IMG/VR virus record: IMGVR_UViG_3300030060_003808
Coordinates: 1-51,382 of that record
Source of the DNA: a virus
Lineage: Duplodnaviria > Caudoviricetes
Reading direction: 5' to 3' (one strand)
DNA: 51,382 nt
Positions 1 through 8,581 of the stretch are shown here, one piece after another; position 1 is the stretch's first letter, and the number at the start of each line of letters is the position of its first letter. The position numbers and the translations under genes are program-made. The notes beneath the pieces are model-generated. The model was given only the letters and a program-made list of their open reading frames with translations, ran no database searches and had not been told where the DNA came from.

Positions 1-507
1 GCCCTGGGTGATCGGATTCACCTTATGTGAGATAAACGAGCTGAAAGCAACCACTTCACCCGCCTTCGGACGCGTACAACTCTCCTCTTCGCTGGATCGA
101 AAGCATATATCGCCGCCCTCATAATCGTCATTCAGCAGCAAGCTCATGCTGATCTTGCGTAGAGCTGCTGTTCCCTTTGGCCCAATGTCAATGTGGTATC
201 TATATCCATTGGATGGCGCCTTATAGTGGATAATCTGGGCCCTTTCGATGCCAGATATGTCGTATTTGAAGTATTTATTGGCAGAAACAGCGATTTTATT
301 CAAAATATCGTACAAACGGACCTGTTTTTCATCAATCGGGTAGATCTCAGCGTCCCGGATCGACGTTTTTTCCACTTTTTCACCCTGGGTATGGATCCTA
401 CCGGGCTCTTTTTCTGCATCAACCAGGTAATTCATAAAAGAATCGACGTGATCCTGGCCAACATCGAGGCCTGTGACTCCGTGATTAGGTAGATTCTCTG
501 AGCTCAT
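1..507 (-). CDS. 2OG-Fe(II) oxygenase (PKHD/prolyl-hydroxylase-like), 3' end truncated by window start
   Basis: Not in the ORF track. Manual translation from ATG 507: MSSENLPNHG...YRYHIDIG...RKISMSLLLNDDYEGGD...GEVVAFSSFISHKVNPITQG. Shows HxD, the RKIS..LLND.YEGG motif and the distal His. Confidence 0.85.
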   Translation of the reverse strand, partial: MSSENLPNHGVTGLDVGQDHVDSFMNYLVDAEKEPGRIHTQGEKVEKTSIRDAEIYPIDEKQVRLYDILNKIAVSANKYFKYDISGIERAQIIHYKAPSNGYRYHIDIGPKGTAALRKISMSLLLNDDYEGGDICFRSSEEESCTRPKAGEVVAFSSFISHKVNPITQG

Positions 508-904
508 AGTCTTTCCAGTTGGTTTTCAGTGTTTCCAGCCAATCATCCATCGACATGACACAGATCTTGTCGTTTTCATGCGGCCAGTCCAGGTTAATTG
601 CATACAAAGGCACACACACTCGGATCGGTCTGCGGTTGTATTTGAAGATCAATACCGGGATCTTATCGCCGGAGCTGTCACACACTTGATCCCACCAGGC
701 GGATTTAATCCAGTCGCCTTCTTTGTAGAATTTACATTCAACTGCATGAAAGGGAATGTTTAGATCGCATAAATCTTTTTGCTGGTATTGATCCAGGTTC
801 CTTTTTGTCTCGTAATCGATTCCGTTGTCGACAAAGAAACCATTGAGAATTTTGGCTATATCTCGTTCAAATTTGGCGCCTTTGTTTCTCGAGTTGATCG
901 GCAT
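485..904 (-). CDS. Holliday junction resolvase-like PD-(D/E)XK nuclease
   Basis: N-terminal SRNKGAKFERDIAK and D...AVECK catalytic motif typical of phage Hjc-like resolvases. Confidence 0.75.
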   Translation of the reverse strand: MPINSRNKGAKFERDIAKILNGFFVDNGIDYETKRNLDQYQQKDLCDLNIPFHAVECKFYKEGDWIKSAWWDQVCDSSGDKIPVLIFKYNRRPIRVCVPLYAINLDWPHENDKICVMSMDDWLETLKTNWKDYELREST

Positions 905-939
905 TAAACGAGTTTATAAAAGTTAATACAAAATTACAA
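905..939 (-). promoter_or_regulatory. sigma70-type promoter, probably giving a leaderless mRNA
   Basis: Minus strand TTGTAA-N17-TAAACT, 6 nt before ATG 904; no SD. Confidence 0.55.
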
Positions 940-2268
940 ATCTAAGGAATCATTTTGTGCAGCTGCCATTTCTTGATCTTGGGCCAACAACATTGCACCA
1001 GCCACAGGTATTGCAACACCATATTTTTTAGAGATATCGATTACTCTGTCGTCAAAAATAACATAGTTACTGGTTTGGTCACCGACTTCCGAATACCGAC
1101 TAAATTCATCCAGGTATTTATTTCCTTTAATACCAACTGAATCTAATAACTCAGATGTTTTTTTAGCACCGATAAGCCCCTTCAACTCTCCTGTTAGACT
1201 GGCTCCACTGAAAGGTAACGGATTAGGAACAGATCTTTTTATAGCTTTTAATTCTTTTATGTAGTCACCAATGGTTTCTAGGCCTTCTAAAAAATCACTT
1301 TTTACAAATCCTTCATCAAGATTCAAACTTGAAATGGGTATTTCAAAAAGGTCATCAATTTTTTTCTTTACAGCTTTGTTTTGCTCGTTGAGCGGTTTAT
1401 CAAGATCAAGCAATTCATCTGGCGTTACTTTTAGTTTGACTTCATAAAGTTTTCCCGTGTCTTTTATTTTAATTTTGTCTATATTTTCTTCCAATAATGC
1501 AAGCTCGTCGGCATAACGCATTTTTTCATCAATCGTTCCGAAATCTTCTGCTCTTTTATAAGTTTCTTTTACTTCACCTAGCCATTTTCCAGTATCTTTG
1601 CCTGTTCTGTTTATTCTTTCAAAAAGATAAGTGTCAAAATATTCATTGCCTGTCGTGCCAACATATTCGTTGCCGATCCAAACTGGCTTTCCATCGTATT
1701 CAATGACAGCGCCCAATGCTTCTTTGTAGTTTTTTCCTACTTCATCTGCTTCTGCAAAATATAAACCACGGCCAAATGCTTGCACTCCTTCACCTGTGCC
1801 GATTTTTCCAATATCAAACTTATCGAAATCAGCAGCGGTTCCATGATAAGCAGTAATATAGTCCTCGCTTTCTGGTAAAGATGATAAGCCTTTCGCTTTT
1901 GCACCTTTGCTGGCCTTGCCTACAGCTCCGATCCCTTTGAGAGCTGTTCCAGCAATCGCTCCGTATGGTCCTGTGAGCGGAATTGAGGCATAAGCAGCAT
2001 CTCCCAGGACACCAGCTGACTGCAAAATTGCATCCAGGTATTGTTTGTTGGCAATGTTTTCAACAAAGCTCGGCATTTGCTCGGTAGGAATCATTTGTTC
2101 TTCGGTTGGCATCTCTGGATAGAAACCAAGATAGTCTGAGATCCCGGAGCTGGGTGCCATCAATCCAGCCATCCAAGCAGCTTGAGCTGGCAAAGCGCCT
2201 ACGCCTTCGCGATATGCTTGTGCTTCCTCCTGGCTGCGGAAGGGTTGAATTGAAAACTCACTGACCAT
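934..2268 (-). CDS. Putative virion-delivered effector with ADP-ribosyltransferase-like (ART-PolyVal type) domain
   Basis: YHGT..DFDKFD..KIGTGEG.QAFGRGLYFAE, GKLYEV, GIKG..Y.D and NYVIFD motifs, preceded by a Gly/Ala-rich pre-toxin-like helical leader. Confidence 0.7.
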   Translation of the reverse strand: MVSEFSIQPFRSQEEAQAYREGVGALPAQAAWMAGLMAPSSGISDYLGFYPEMPTEEQMIPTEQMPSFVENIANKQYLDAILQSAGVLGDAAYASIPLTGPYGAIAGTALKGIGAVGKASKGAKAKGLSSLPESEDYITAYHGTAADFDKFDIGKIGTGEGVQAFGRGLYFAEADEVGKNYKEALGAVIEYDGKPVWIGNEYVGTTGNEYFDTYLFERINRTGKDTGKWLGEVKETYKRAEDFGTIDEKMRYADELALLEENIDKIKIKDTGKLYEVKLKVTPDELLDLDKPLNEQNKAVKKKIDDLFEIPISSLNLDEGFVKSDFLEGLETIGDYIKELKAIKRSVPNPLPFSGASLTGELKGLIGAKKTSELLDSVGIKGNKYLDEFSRYSEVGDQTSNYVIFDDRVIDISKKYGVAIPVAGAMLLAQDQEMAAAQNDSLDL

Positions 2269-2287
2269 GTAAGAAATTTAACACAAA

Positions 2288-2641
2288 ATGAGCTCAGATA
2301 AAATTTTGTCGTAAGGAATCATTTTTTTTGGTGATTCAATGTATCTAACTTAGTTATATTTACCATCGCCATGGCCAGCGCCAAATATGGGGTGGTGGGG
2401 CCCCAGGAAAAACCAGGCCCTAGGAAAAAACGGATCCTAGGGACTCCAAGCCCCGCAGCCAAAGGGCTGCGACACCGCAGCGGACATGCTGCGAGCTGGC
2501 AGCGGATCGGCTGCCGTTACTGTTGTGCTCACAGTTTGCACATAGTTGCATATAAATATTAGAGCTTGCAATAGGAAAAAAGTCAATAATATCAAGGACT
2601 TAGGGCATTTTTTGTAAAAAAACAAAAAAATCTGAGCTCAT
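2288..2641. repeat. Non-coding region with ordered repeats, bounded by a 12-bp inverted repeat; candidate packaging or recombination site
   Basis: ATGAGCTCAGAT 2288-2299 / ATCTGAGCTCAT 2630-2641; CCYAGG at 2402, 2419, 2436; three GCAGC-N6-GCTGC palindromes starting at 2454, 2476, 2498. Confidence 0.6.
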
Positions 2642-2673
2642 CTACGGGAGAGGGCCATAACGAAGTTTATTCT

Positions 2674-3180
2674 TTACTTATCCTTGTCAGAGTAAGTCGA
2701 CGTATCAGATCCGAGCAGCTGGCCCAATCTTTCCTTGATTTGATCCCTGGACATCTTCTCCAGGTTGGCGTTGATGTTGATGTTCTGCGACCGATTGATT
2801 GACAGTCCGCCGAGTTGGTTCAGCTCTTTGATCGCTGAAACCGCAGCATTAAATTGTCCATTATCGTAAGCACTTTCCATGATCTTCCACAGCATCGTCC
2901 CGGTCTTTTGTGGTGTGATCGCATACTTCTCTCGCAGCTCATCCTGTTTGATCCGGATGGCCTTAACCACATTCGGATAATCCTTGCCGTTTAGCATTTT
3001 ATTGGCAGCTTGACTCGGGAACTCGTAGCCAGCTTTCCTGGCCGCCTCGGTCATACCGCATGCACCTTCGGTGTAATGCCAGACAAAGCTGACTTGCATC
3101 TCGGTCAACTTATGCTCCTCATCCTTCTCGAATTGAAGCGGTGCATTAACCATTGGTTTCTTGGGCTTTCTCTTTGGCAT
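2674..3180 (-). CDS. terS: Terminase small subunit
   Basis: LTEMQVSFVWHY...TEAARKAGY...ANKML HTH-type N-terminus and AAVSAIKELNQLGGL oligomerisation segment. Confidence 0.8.
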   Translation of the reverse strand: MPKRKPKKPMVNAPLQFEKDEEHKLTEMQVSFVWHYTEGACGMTEAARKAGYEFPSQAANKMLNGKDYPNVVKAIRIKQDELREKYAITPQKTGTMLWKIMESAYDNGQFNAAVSAIKELNQLGGLSINRSQNININANLEKMSRDQIKERLGQLLGSDTSTYSDKDK

Positions 3181-3420
3181 AATTTAATCTTACCTCATTT
3201 TAACTTTTGGATCAGTGCATAGAGGGTAGTGTATAGCCACTTCTAAATACCCGCTGTGTAACCCATAAGAATACAGTCTTATAACCACTTAATACTAATA
3301 TCTTTATATATATATACACTATACACTAATAAGACCTCTAAACCGCATAGATAAAGGCTTTCAGCATACCCTTTACTATACCCTCTGCTCTACCCTTCTT
3401 ATGCTAACCATTGCTTTAAA
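3181..3420. other. Putative replication origin (iteron-like repeats around an AT-rich core)
   Basis: AGAGGGTAGTGTATAG 3221-3236 opposes TATACACTATACACT (~3313-3327) and three TACCCT units (~3366-3396). A (TA)n tract lies at ~3305-3316. Located just downstream of the primase-helicase gene. Confidence 0.45.
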
Positions 3421-3423
3421 TGG

Positions 3424-3522
3424 CTAATCATTGCTAAAGATTGCATACAGCAATATACACAGCAAGACCACCGATGCCACCAATATCAGTGTACCTAACC
3501 CTGTCAACAGTGCATCAATCAT
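3424..3522 (-). CDS. Possible 32-aa single-TM peptide
   Basis: MIDALLTGLGTLILVASVVLLCILLYAIFSND; ATG overlaps the end of the primase gene. Confidence 0.3.
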   Translation of the reverse strand: MIDALLTGLGTLILVASVVLLCILLYAIFSND

Positions 3523-5686
3523 TCCAATTACTCCCGGATCCGCTCGATGTTCCATCGTCAACAGCGGTGTAATCGAGATCATATATCTTCTTCCCATTTG
3601 ATCTGCGCGGCTCGATGCCTCTCTCGTGTAACACACGATTCGCTTCTTTGAAGTCTGGCATCCTCGGGGCCTTAATGCCCAAATCGCGCAACAGCTTCGT
3701 CATCTGCACAGGCTTGGTATATGTGCTGCCAAAGTTGATGTTCTCTAGGATCAGATCCTCGACGCTCGATTGTGTTCGATACGCCTCATTGCTGTCTTGT
3801 AACAGCTCCCGCTCGTCCGGTGATAGAAACCAATTCTTCTGGCCTTGCACATACATAGTCTCTTTGACCTGGGCCCAGAGCTGCTGCATGTTGACACCAT
3901 GATTCACATTGATGTCTTTGACCGCGAGTACCCAGAATCTTCGATTCCCCGACGTGTCCGTCAAAAACTCGCGAGCATTGACCGATGCATAGAACGCCGT
4001 GCGGCGCTGATACGTTGTGAAGGCTCGGTCATACGGCAATCTCAGCTCATCCGTCTTCGCCGTGACAAATGCTTTCAGCTGGTCGATGTCCGACTTCTTA
4101 AAGGTCGACTCGATCTCGCCTAACTCCACAATCCAATGACTCACGGCTCGCTTCACAGAGTCCTTGTCAGAAGGGTTAAGCGTCGCACCCTCTAAGAGCC
4201 AGCCATTATTGTAATTGCAAAGGCGCTTGAACCATAAGGTTTTACCGAGTCCTTGAGCGCCCTGGAGGACCAGGATGCCTTCGAGCTCTACGCCATTCTT
4301 TTCACATGCTGCGGCCACACAGCTGATTAACCACTTTTTCAGCAGCATTTCTTTCAGCTGCGCCGACTCTTCTGTGACCAGCGAATCCATAAAGGCTTGC
4401 AGTCGGTCGGTCCCGTCCCAGGGTTCGCTCTCGATCCATTCCCGGACCGGGTTGTATTCTCTGGCCAAGACCTTGAGATAATCTCTGACCTTTGTGTGTG
4501 GGATGCCCATGTTGATGCAACGATCTTCGATCTCAATGAGACTGGCTTCCTCATACATATCGGCAATAAACTCCATGTTCGGTATGTCAATCTCCATCTT
4601 CTTCTTAATCACGTTGTATCGCACATCGACGCCGTGTGTAATCAATACGCCATTGATGTTGTCTTTGGTGTTTAAATATCTGCCGTTTGCATTGCGGTTG
4701 AAATCGTATTCAACAGGAACGTCGATCTTCTGCAAGACCACCTCGCCTTCGACGACTTCAACTTCGTTCTTATGGTCGTTGTAATCGCCTTGGCTTTCCG
4801 GCATCTGGATCTCGGCGTAACCGCCATTCTTTTGGATAAAGGCTGCCGCCTTCTTCGCTTCCTTCTCGCCTGTTTTACTATCATCGTTATCGGCCACGAA
4901 TATGTGTTTGTGCTTCGGAAAATACTGATACATGACCTCTGCGACCTTGATTAAGTTGTAAGCGTCAAATGCGACGACGACAGGCTGTGAGCGGTCAGCA
5001 TATATGGATGCGGCCGTGGCATAGCCTTCGGCATAATTCAAGCTGTCGCTTGTTTTAAAGATCTCACGGCCAAGAAGAAAAAAGCTGCCGCTTTTTTTGG
5101 AACCAGTAAGGAAACGCTTTGAGCCATCGGCTGCGATAAACTGTAGACCAACGATAGAGCCTTGATTGTCTTTAAGCGGGATCACCAGGTTATCGTGTTT
5201 GTCTTTCTTTAAACCATAGGACAAGACTTGCTTCTTCTCCAGGTACGGATGTTTAATCACGTCCTCGCATTGGTCCCAAATCGACTGCGATCGCTTCGCG
5301 GCCTGTGAATATTTCTCAGCGGATTTGACCTCGGCTTGTTTTTGTAAAGCTGCGATCTCGGCTTTCTGAGCTGGCGTCATACGATAGCGCTCACTGTTCT
5401 CTGGTTTCCAAGTCGCTGTGGGTTGGTCGGCACTGACTCTGTAATCGCCTAAACGTCCAAATGGAGAGGACTGATCGAGCCATGCTTGATACCAACCCAC
5501 GAGCTTCCTCTGGTTGCCAATGTTGATGTACGCTCTACCCACTGAGCCATCGGTAACCAGTCCCTTCTTGGGATCGGGTTCATAGCCATTGCTGGCCAGG
5601 AAATCGCTGAATTGTGTTATGTAATCCCCGGTAAATGGGGCGCTGAAATTTTTGGGTTTAGGTCCTTTTATCTTTAATGACATCAA
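3515..5686 (-). CDS. DNA primase-helicase fusion (Toprim + VirE/VapE-like P-loop NTPase)
   Basis: HPYL..K, AEGYATA and ADND...G Toprim motifs, DYND; Walker A LVLQGAQGLGKT, Walker B IVELGE, RLPYDR, FLTDTSGNRRF. Confidence 0.9.
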   Translation of the reverse strand: MMSLKIKGPKPKNFSAPFTGDYITQFSDFLASNGYEPDPKKGLVTDGSVGRAYINIGNQRKLVGWYQAWLDQSSPFGRLGDYRVSADQPTATWKPENSERYRMTPAQKAEIAALQKQAEVKSAEKYSQAAKRSQSIWDQCEDVIKHPYLEKKQVLSYGLKKDKHDNLVIPLKDNQGSIVGLQFIAADGSKRFLTGSKKSGSFFLLGREIFKTSDSLNYAEGYATAASIYADRSQPVVVAFDAYNLIKVAEVMYQYFPKHKHIFVADNDDSKTGEKEAKKAAAFIQKNGGYAEIQMPESQGDYNDHKNEVEVVEGEVVLQKIDVPVEYDFNRNANGRYLNTKDNINGVLITHGVDVRYNVIKKKMEIDIPNMEFIADMYEEASLIEIEDRCINMGIPHTKVRDYLKVLAREYNPVREWIESEPWDGTDRLQAFMDSLVTEESAQLKEMLLKKWLISCVAAACEKNGVELEGILVLQGAQGLGKTLWFKRLCNYNNGWLLEGATLNPSDKDSVKRAVSHWIVELGEIESTFKKSDIDQLKAFVTAKTDELRLPYDRAFTTYQRRTAFYASVNAREFLTDTSGNRRFWVLAVKDINVNHGVNMQQLWAQVKETMYVQGQKNWFLSPDERELLQDSNEAYRTQSSVEDLILENINFGSTYTKPVQMTKLLRDLGIKAPRMPDFKEANRVLHERGIEPRRSNGKKIYDLDYTAVDDGTSSGSGSNWND

Positions 5687-5713
5687 TCATCCTTATTTTC
5701 TTTTACTATTGTT

Positions 5714-5764
5714 TTGACATGCTAGGGGTTATAGGATAATATCCAAGTTTATTAAATTTTGCAA
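5714..5764. promoter_or_regulatory. Overlapping divergent sigma70 promoters for primase (-) and SSB operon (+)
   Basis: Plus: TTGACA(5714)-N17-TAATAT. Minus: TTGCAA-N17-TATTAT. The two -10 boxes overlap at 5736-5742. Confidence 0.6.
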
Positions 5765-5787
5765 ATACATAAGGTAGGAGATTTATT

Positions 5788-6510
5788 ATGAGCTTAACAA
5801 TCAGCGGCGAAAGCGGCGGTGGGGACTTCCCCAAACTGGAACCAGGTATCTATCACGGCACATGCTACAGCATCATAGATCTGGGTGAATCAGACCAAGA
5901 ATACAAAGGCGTGGTCAGCAAGAAAAAGAGAATACATCTCGGATTTGAGATCACTGAGGCAGTCGATCCCTCAACCAATACAGTAATGATGGAAGACGGC
6001 AGACCATTTGGTGCATTTAAAACTTACACTGCATCTACATCTGAGCTTTCGACTTTAAGAAAACACGTTGAGAGCTGGCGCGGTAAAAGCTATACAGATG
6101 AGGAAGTAGAATCATTCGATATTACTCAAATGATTGGCTGCACAGTTAAGATCGAAATTGGTTTAACAAAAAAGAGTGATTTCGGTGAGGGCGGTAATCC
6201 AAAAATCGTAGCACTCAGAGAACCGAGAGATGGCATCAAGAAGGTAGAAACACACAATGACATAGTGCTTTTTGATATCGACGATTACTGTGACGAGTTT
6301 ACTGGCAATTCCAGTCCGAAAAGCAAGGCCATGTGTGATGTCTTTGAATCTTTGGCTGATTGGCATAAGAGTGACATTGAAGCAAGTTATCAATGGATGG
6401 CCGCAAAACAAAAGTTTGAGGACACACCTGTTGAAAAACTTATGGAAGAAATGCCGCCAGAAGAAACGAACAACAAAGACGACTTCGAAGACGACAAAAT
6501 TCCTTTTTAA
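5788..6510 (+). CDS. ssDNA-binding / replication protein
   Basis: OB-fold-like N-terminus (PGIYHGTCYSIIDLG), acidic tail ending DDKIPF; SD AGGAG. Confidence 0.65.
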   Translation: MSLTISGESGGGDFPKLEPGIYHGTCYSIIDLGESDQEYKGVVSKKKRIHLGFEITEAVDPSTNTVMMEDGRPFGAFKTYTASTSELSTLRKHVESWRGKSYTDEEVESFDITQMIGCTVKIEIGLTKKSDFGEGGNPKIVALREPRDGIKKVETHNDIVLFDIDDYCDEFTGNSSPKSKAMCDVFESLADWHKSDIEASYQWMAAKQKFEDTPVEKLMEEMPPEETNNKDDFEDDKIPF

Positions 6511-6600
6511 TCGATCCCGGTGGGTGGTTTTCTCCTAGATGTCTCACAGCACTTGAAAATTCCACCCACCACCCCAAATGGCATTGGGTGGGCACCCTAA
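6511..6600 (+). ncRNA. Candidate structured antisense sRNA / 3'UTR RNA
   Basis: Stem GGTGGGTGG 6519-6527 / CCACCCACC 6562-6570 encloses TTTTCTCCTA-G-ATGTCTCACA, complementary to the leaders of the genes starting at 9300 and 28462. Confidence 0.55.
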
Positions 6601-6656
6601 ATGTTTAAACTTTATTCATGTTTGTATCAGCTCACCCAATGACCAAGGAAATAAAA

Positions 6657-6896
6657 ATGATAGATAAAATCAATCCAGATCATTACAAAAAAGCACCACT
6701 GGAAAGCATCGAATACATCGAGCACCAGCTGGGCCCAAATTTTAAATATTACCTGGTTGGAACGATCTACAAGTACCTTCATCGCTGGGAGTATAAAGAC
6801 GAACCATTAACGGACCTCAAGAAAGCACGTTGGTACCTGGATAAATTAATTCAACAGGTACAAGAAAAAGAACCATGGAAAAGTAAGAAGTTATGA
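6657..6896 (+). CDS. DUF3310-family protein
   Basis: DKINPDHY...IEYI...G.IYKYLHRW.YK...DLKKARWYL signature; SD AAGGA before ATG 6657. Confidence 0.85.
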   Translation: MIDKINPDHYKKAPLESIEYIEHQLGPNFKYYLVGTIYKYLHRWEYKDEPLTDLKKARWYLDKLIQQVQEKEPWKSKKL

Positions 6897-7054
6897 AAAA
6901 TTTATACGAAAAAATAATCGTACCTTTATTACAAATACTTTTTTGGAATAAAGAAGAAGGCGAAAATGCAGAGCAGAATAAAATTAACAAAGAGCTTAGA
7001 AAAGGTGGATATCCTCCATACAACGATTTAGATAGAAGATGGTGGATGAAGTGA
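6893..7054 (+). CDS. Hypothetical 53-aa protein
   Basis: Not in the track. MKNLYEKIIVPLLQILFWNKEE...WWMK; ATGA overlap with the upstream stop and GTGA overlap with the downstream gene indicate translational coupling. Confidence 0.55.
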   Translation: MKNLYEKIIVPLLQILFWNKEEGENAEQNKINKELRKGGYPPYNDLDRRWWMK

Positions 7055-7773
7055 GCAATCAAATAGAATACGAAGTTTACTCTTTACCCGCAGCTCTTAT
7101 GATGCAACACAATATGTCACAAGAGGTAGTGGCAAATCTCAATAATTACCTGGACGTTTTAAGATCCGACAAACACAAAGAATCAGCCTCCAAATTTTTG
7201 GTGGGCCAGATTCACCAGGGCGAACAACTCAGTATGGATTACATGGATAATCTACTGGCACCTTTCGTTAGCATTGTTGAGAGTCTGGGCATGGCTTATC
7301 TAAGACATTTCGTCGAGTACACAAAATCTCCCTTGAAACCGAAGAAAATAAGTATAGATAAGCTGTGGTCAGTCCACAGTTATGAGGGTGATTACAACCC
7401 TATTCACGATCATTTAACAGCGTCGAATATGGGCATTTCATTTACCACCTGGACCAAAGTGCCAGACCAAATATTAAAACCAGACGAAGAAGACAGTCTG
7501 AGATATGAGCTGTACGAAAATTCTGGCGCCATAGACGGCTTTATAAATTTTACCTATGGTTTGAATCAAACCGGGGATCCAGAGAGTCTAAGGCCCTCTC
7601 AGTCGCGCTATGTAAAACCAGAACCCGGTAAGTTATTGATGTTTCCGTCCTGGATGCAGCATTGTGTTTATCCTTTCTTTGGTGAAGGCGAGCGCAGAAC
7701 AGTGGCCGGGAATTTGAATTGTTTTGATTTAACCAGGGAAGAATTAGAGGAGATAGAGAATGAAAGAGTTTAA
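7039..7773 (+). CDS. Putative 2OG-Fe(II) oxygenase (TIGR02466-like); start may be GTG 7051
   Basis: WSVHSYEGDYNPIHDH, PEPGKLLMFPSWMQHCVYPF, ERRTVAGN. Confidence 0.8.
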   Translation: MVDEVSNQIEYEVYSLPAALMMQHNMSQEVVANLNNYLDVLRSDKHKESASKFLVGQIHQGEQLSMDYMDNLLAPFVSIVESLGMAYLRHFVEYTKSPLKPKKISIDKLWSVHSYEGDYNPIHDHLTASNMGISFTTWTKVPDQILKPDEEDSLRYELYENSGAIDGFINFTYGLNQTGDPESLRPSQSRYVKPEPGKLLMFPSWMQHCVYPFFGEGERRTVAGNLNCFDLTREELEEIENERV

Positions 7774-8536
7774 AATAGGAATGTATGACGATATCCCATA
7801 CGAACAGTATGCAGAGATCCCAGCTTTTAGATCTCACGATCTAACCTCGGTCATTAAATGCCCGTTCAGCTGGCAGAATAAAAAAGAAATGGTGCAAACA
7901 CCAGCTCTCTTGGAGGGCCGAGTGCAGCACACAGTTTTCCTGGAGCATCACAAATTCGACGAAGAGTTTGTCATTCAACCAAAAATTGATCGACGAACCA
8001 AAGCGGGCCGCGAGGAATACGAAGACTTCATGGCAAGTGTAGGCAATCGCACTCCAATCACCCAGGATCTATATGACACCTGTATGGAACGTCGTGAAGT
8101 AGTGAAACACTACATACCCAAAGACACTGACAAAGTAGAACACACCCTAGTCTTTGAGTGGCACGGCCACCCTTTCAAATGTCGTATGGACTGGTATGAC
8201 AACGAGTATGTATGGGACCTTAAAACTTGCCGCGACGCTTCGCCTCGTGGCTTTATAAGAGCGATTAATATGTTCAACTATCACATGCAAGCGGCAATAT
8301 ATGTCGATGCCTGTAGGGCTCTGGGATTGACTGCAAAAGGATTCAACTTCCTGGCCCAAGAAAAACAACACCCATATCCTTATGTTGTTTACACCTTATC
8401 CGACGAGGCCCTGGTCTATGCTCAAAAAAGAAATGAGCAAGCCTTGAGTTTATTGCTGAGATGCAAAGATGGTGAAGATTTCAAACCATACAACATCGAA
8501 GGAATCCAGACAGTAGAGCTCGGAGATCTATACTAA
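7760..8536 (+). CDS. RecE/exonuclease VIII-like PD-(D/E)XK nuclease (DUF3799-like)
   Basis: RRTKAGREEY, FKCRMD, WDLKT, YHMQAAIY, FLAQEK..PY. Confidence 0.85.
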   Translation: MKEFKIGMYDDIPYEQYAEIPAFRSHDLTSVIKCPFSWQNKKEMVQTPALLEGRVQHTVFLEHHKFDEEFVIQPKIDRRTKAGREEYEDFMASVGNRTPITQDLYDTCMERREVVKHYIPKDTDKVEHTLVFEWHGHPFKCRMDWYDNEYVWDLKTCRDASPRGFIRAINMFNYHMQAAIYVDACRALGLTAKGFNFLAQEKQHPYPYVVYTLSDEALVYAQKRNEQALSLLLRCKDGEDFKPYNIEGIQTVELGDLY

Positions 8537-8565
8537 AAAAAGGGAGCTCAGTGAGCTCCCTTTCT
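8535..8565. terminator. Rho-independent terminator between convergent genes
   Basis: AAAGGGAGCTCA-G-TGAGCTCCCTTT hairpin with a T7 tail on the minus strand. Confidence 0.85.
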
Positions 8566-8581
8566 CCCCTCTGGCTTCGAG

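Noticed and set aside
193-492. 99-aa plus-strand ORF
   Set aside because: Shadow of the minus-strand 2OG-Fe(II) oxygenase at 1-507.
2454-2515. Palindrome array as a mini-CRISPR or tRNA
   Set aside because: Linkers are only 4 bp, and no tRNA T-loop or D-loop consensus is present.
2371-2625. Two short ORFs in the terS downstream region
   Set aside because: They run across DNA-level repeats, have no SD and no protein-like features.
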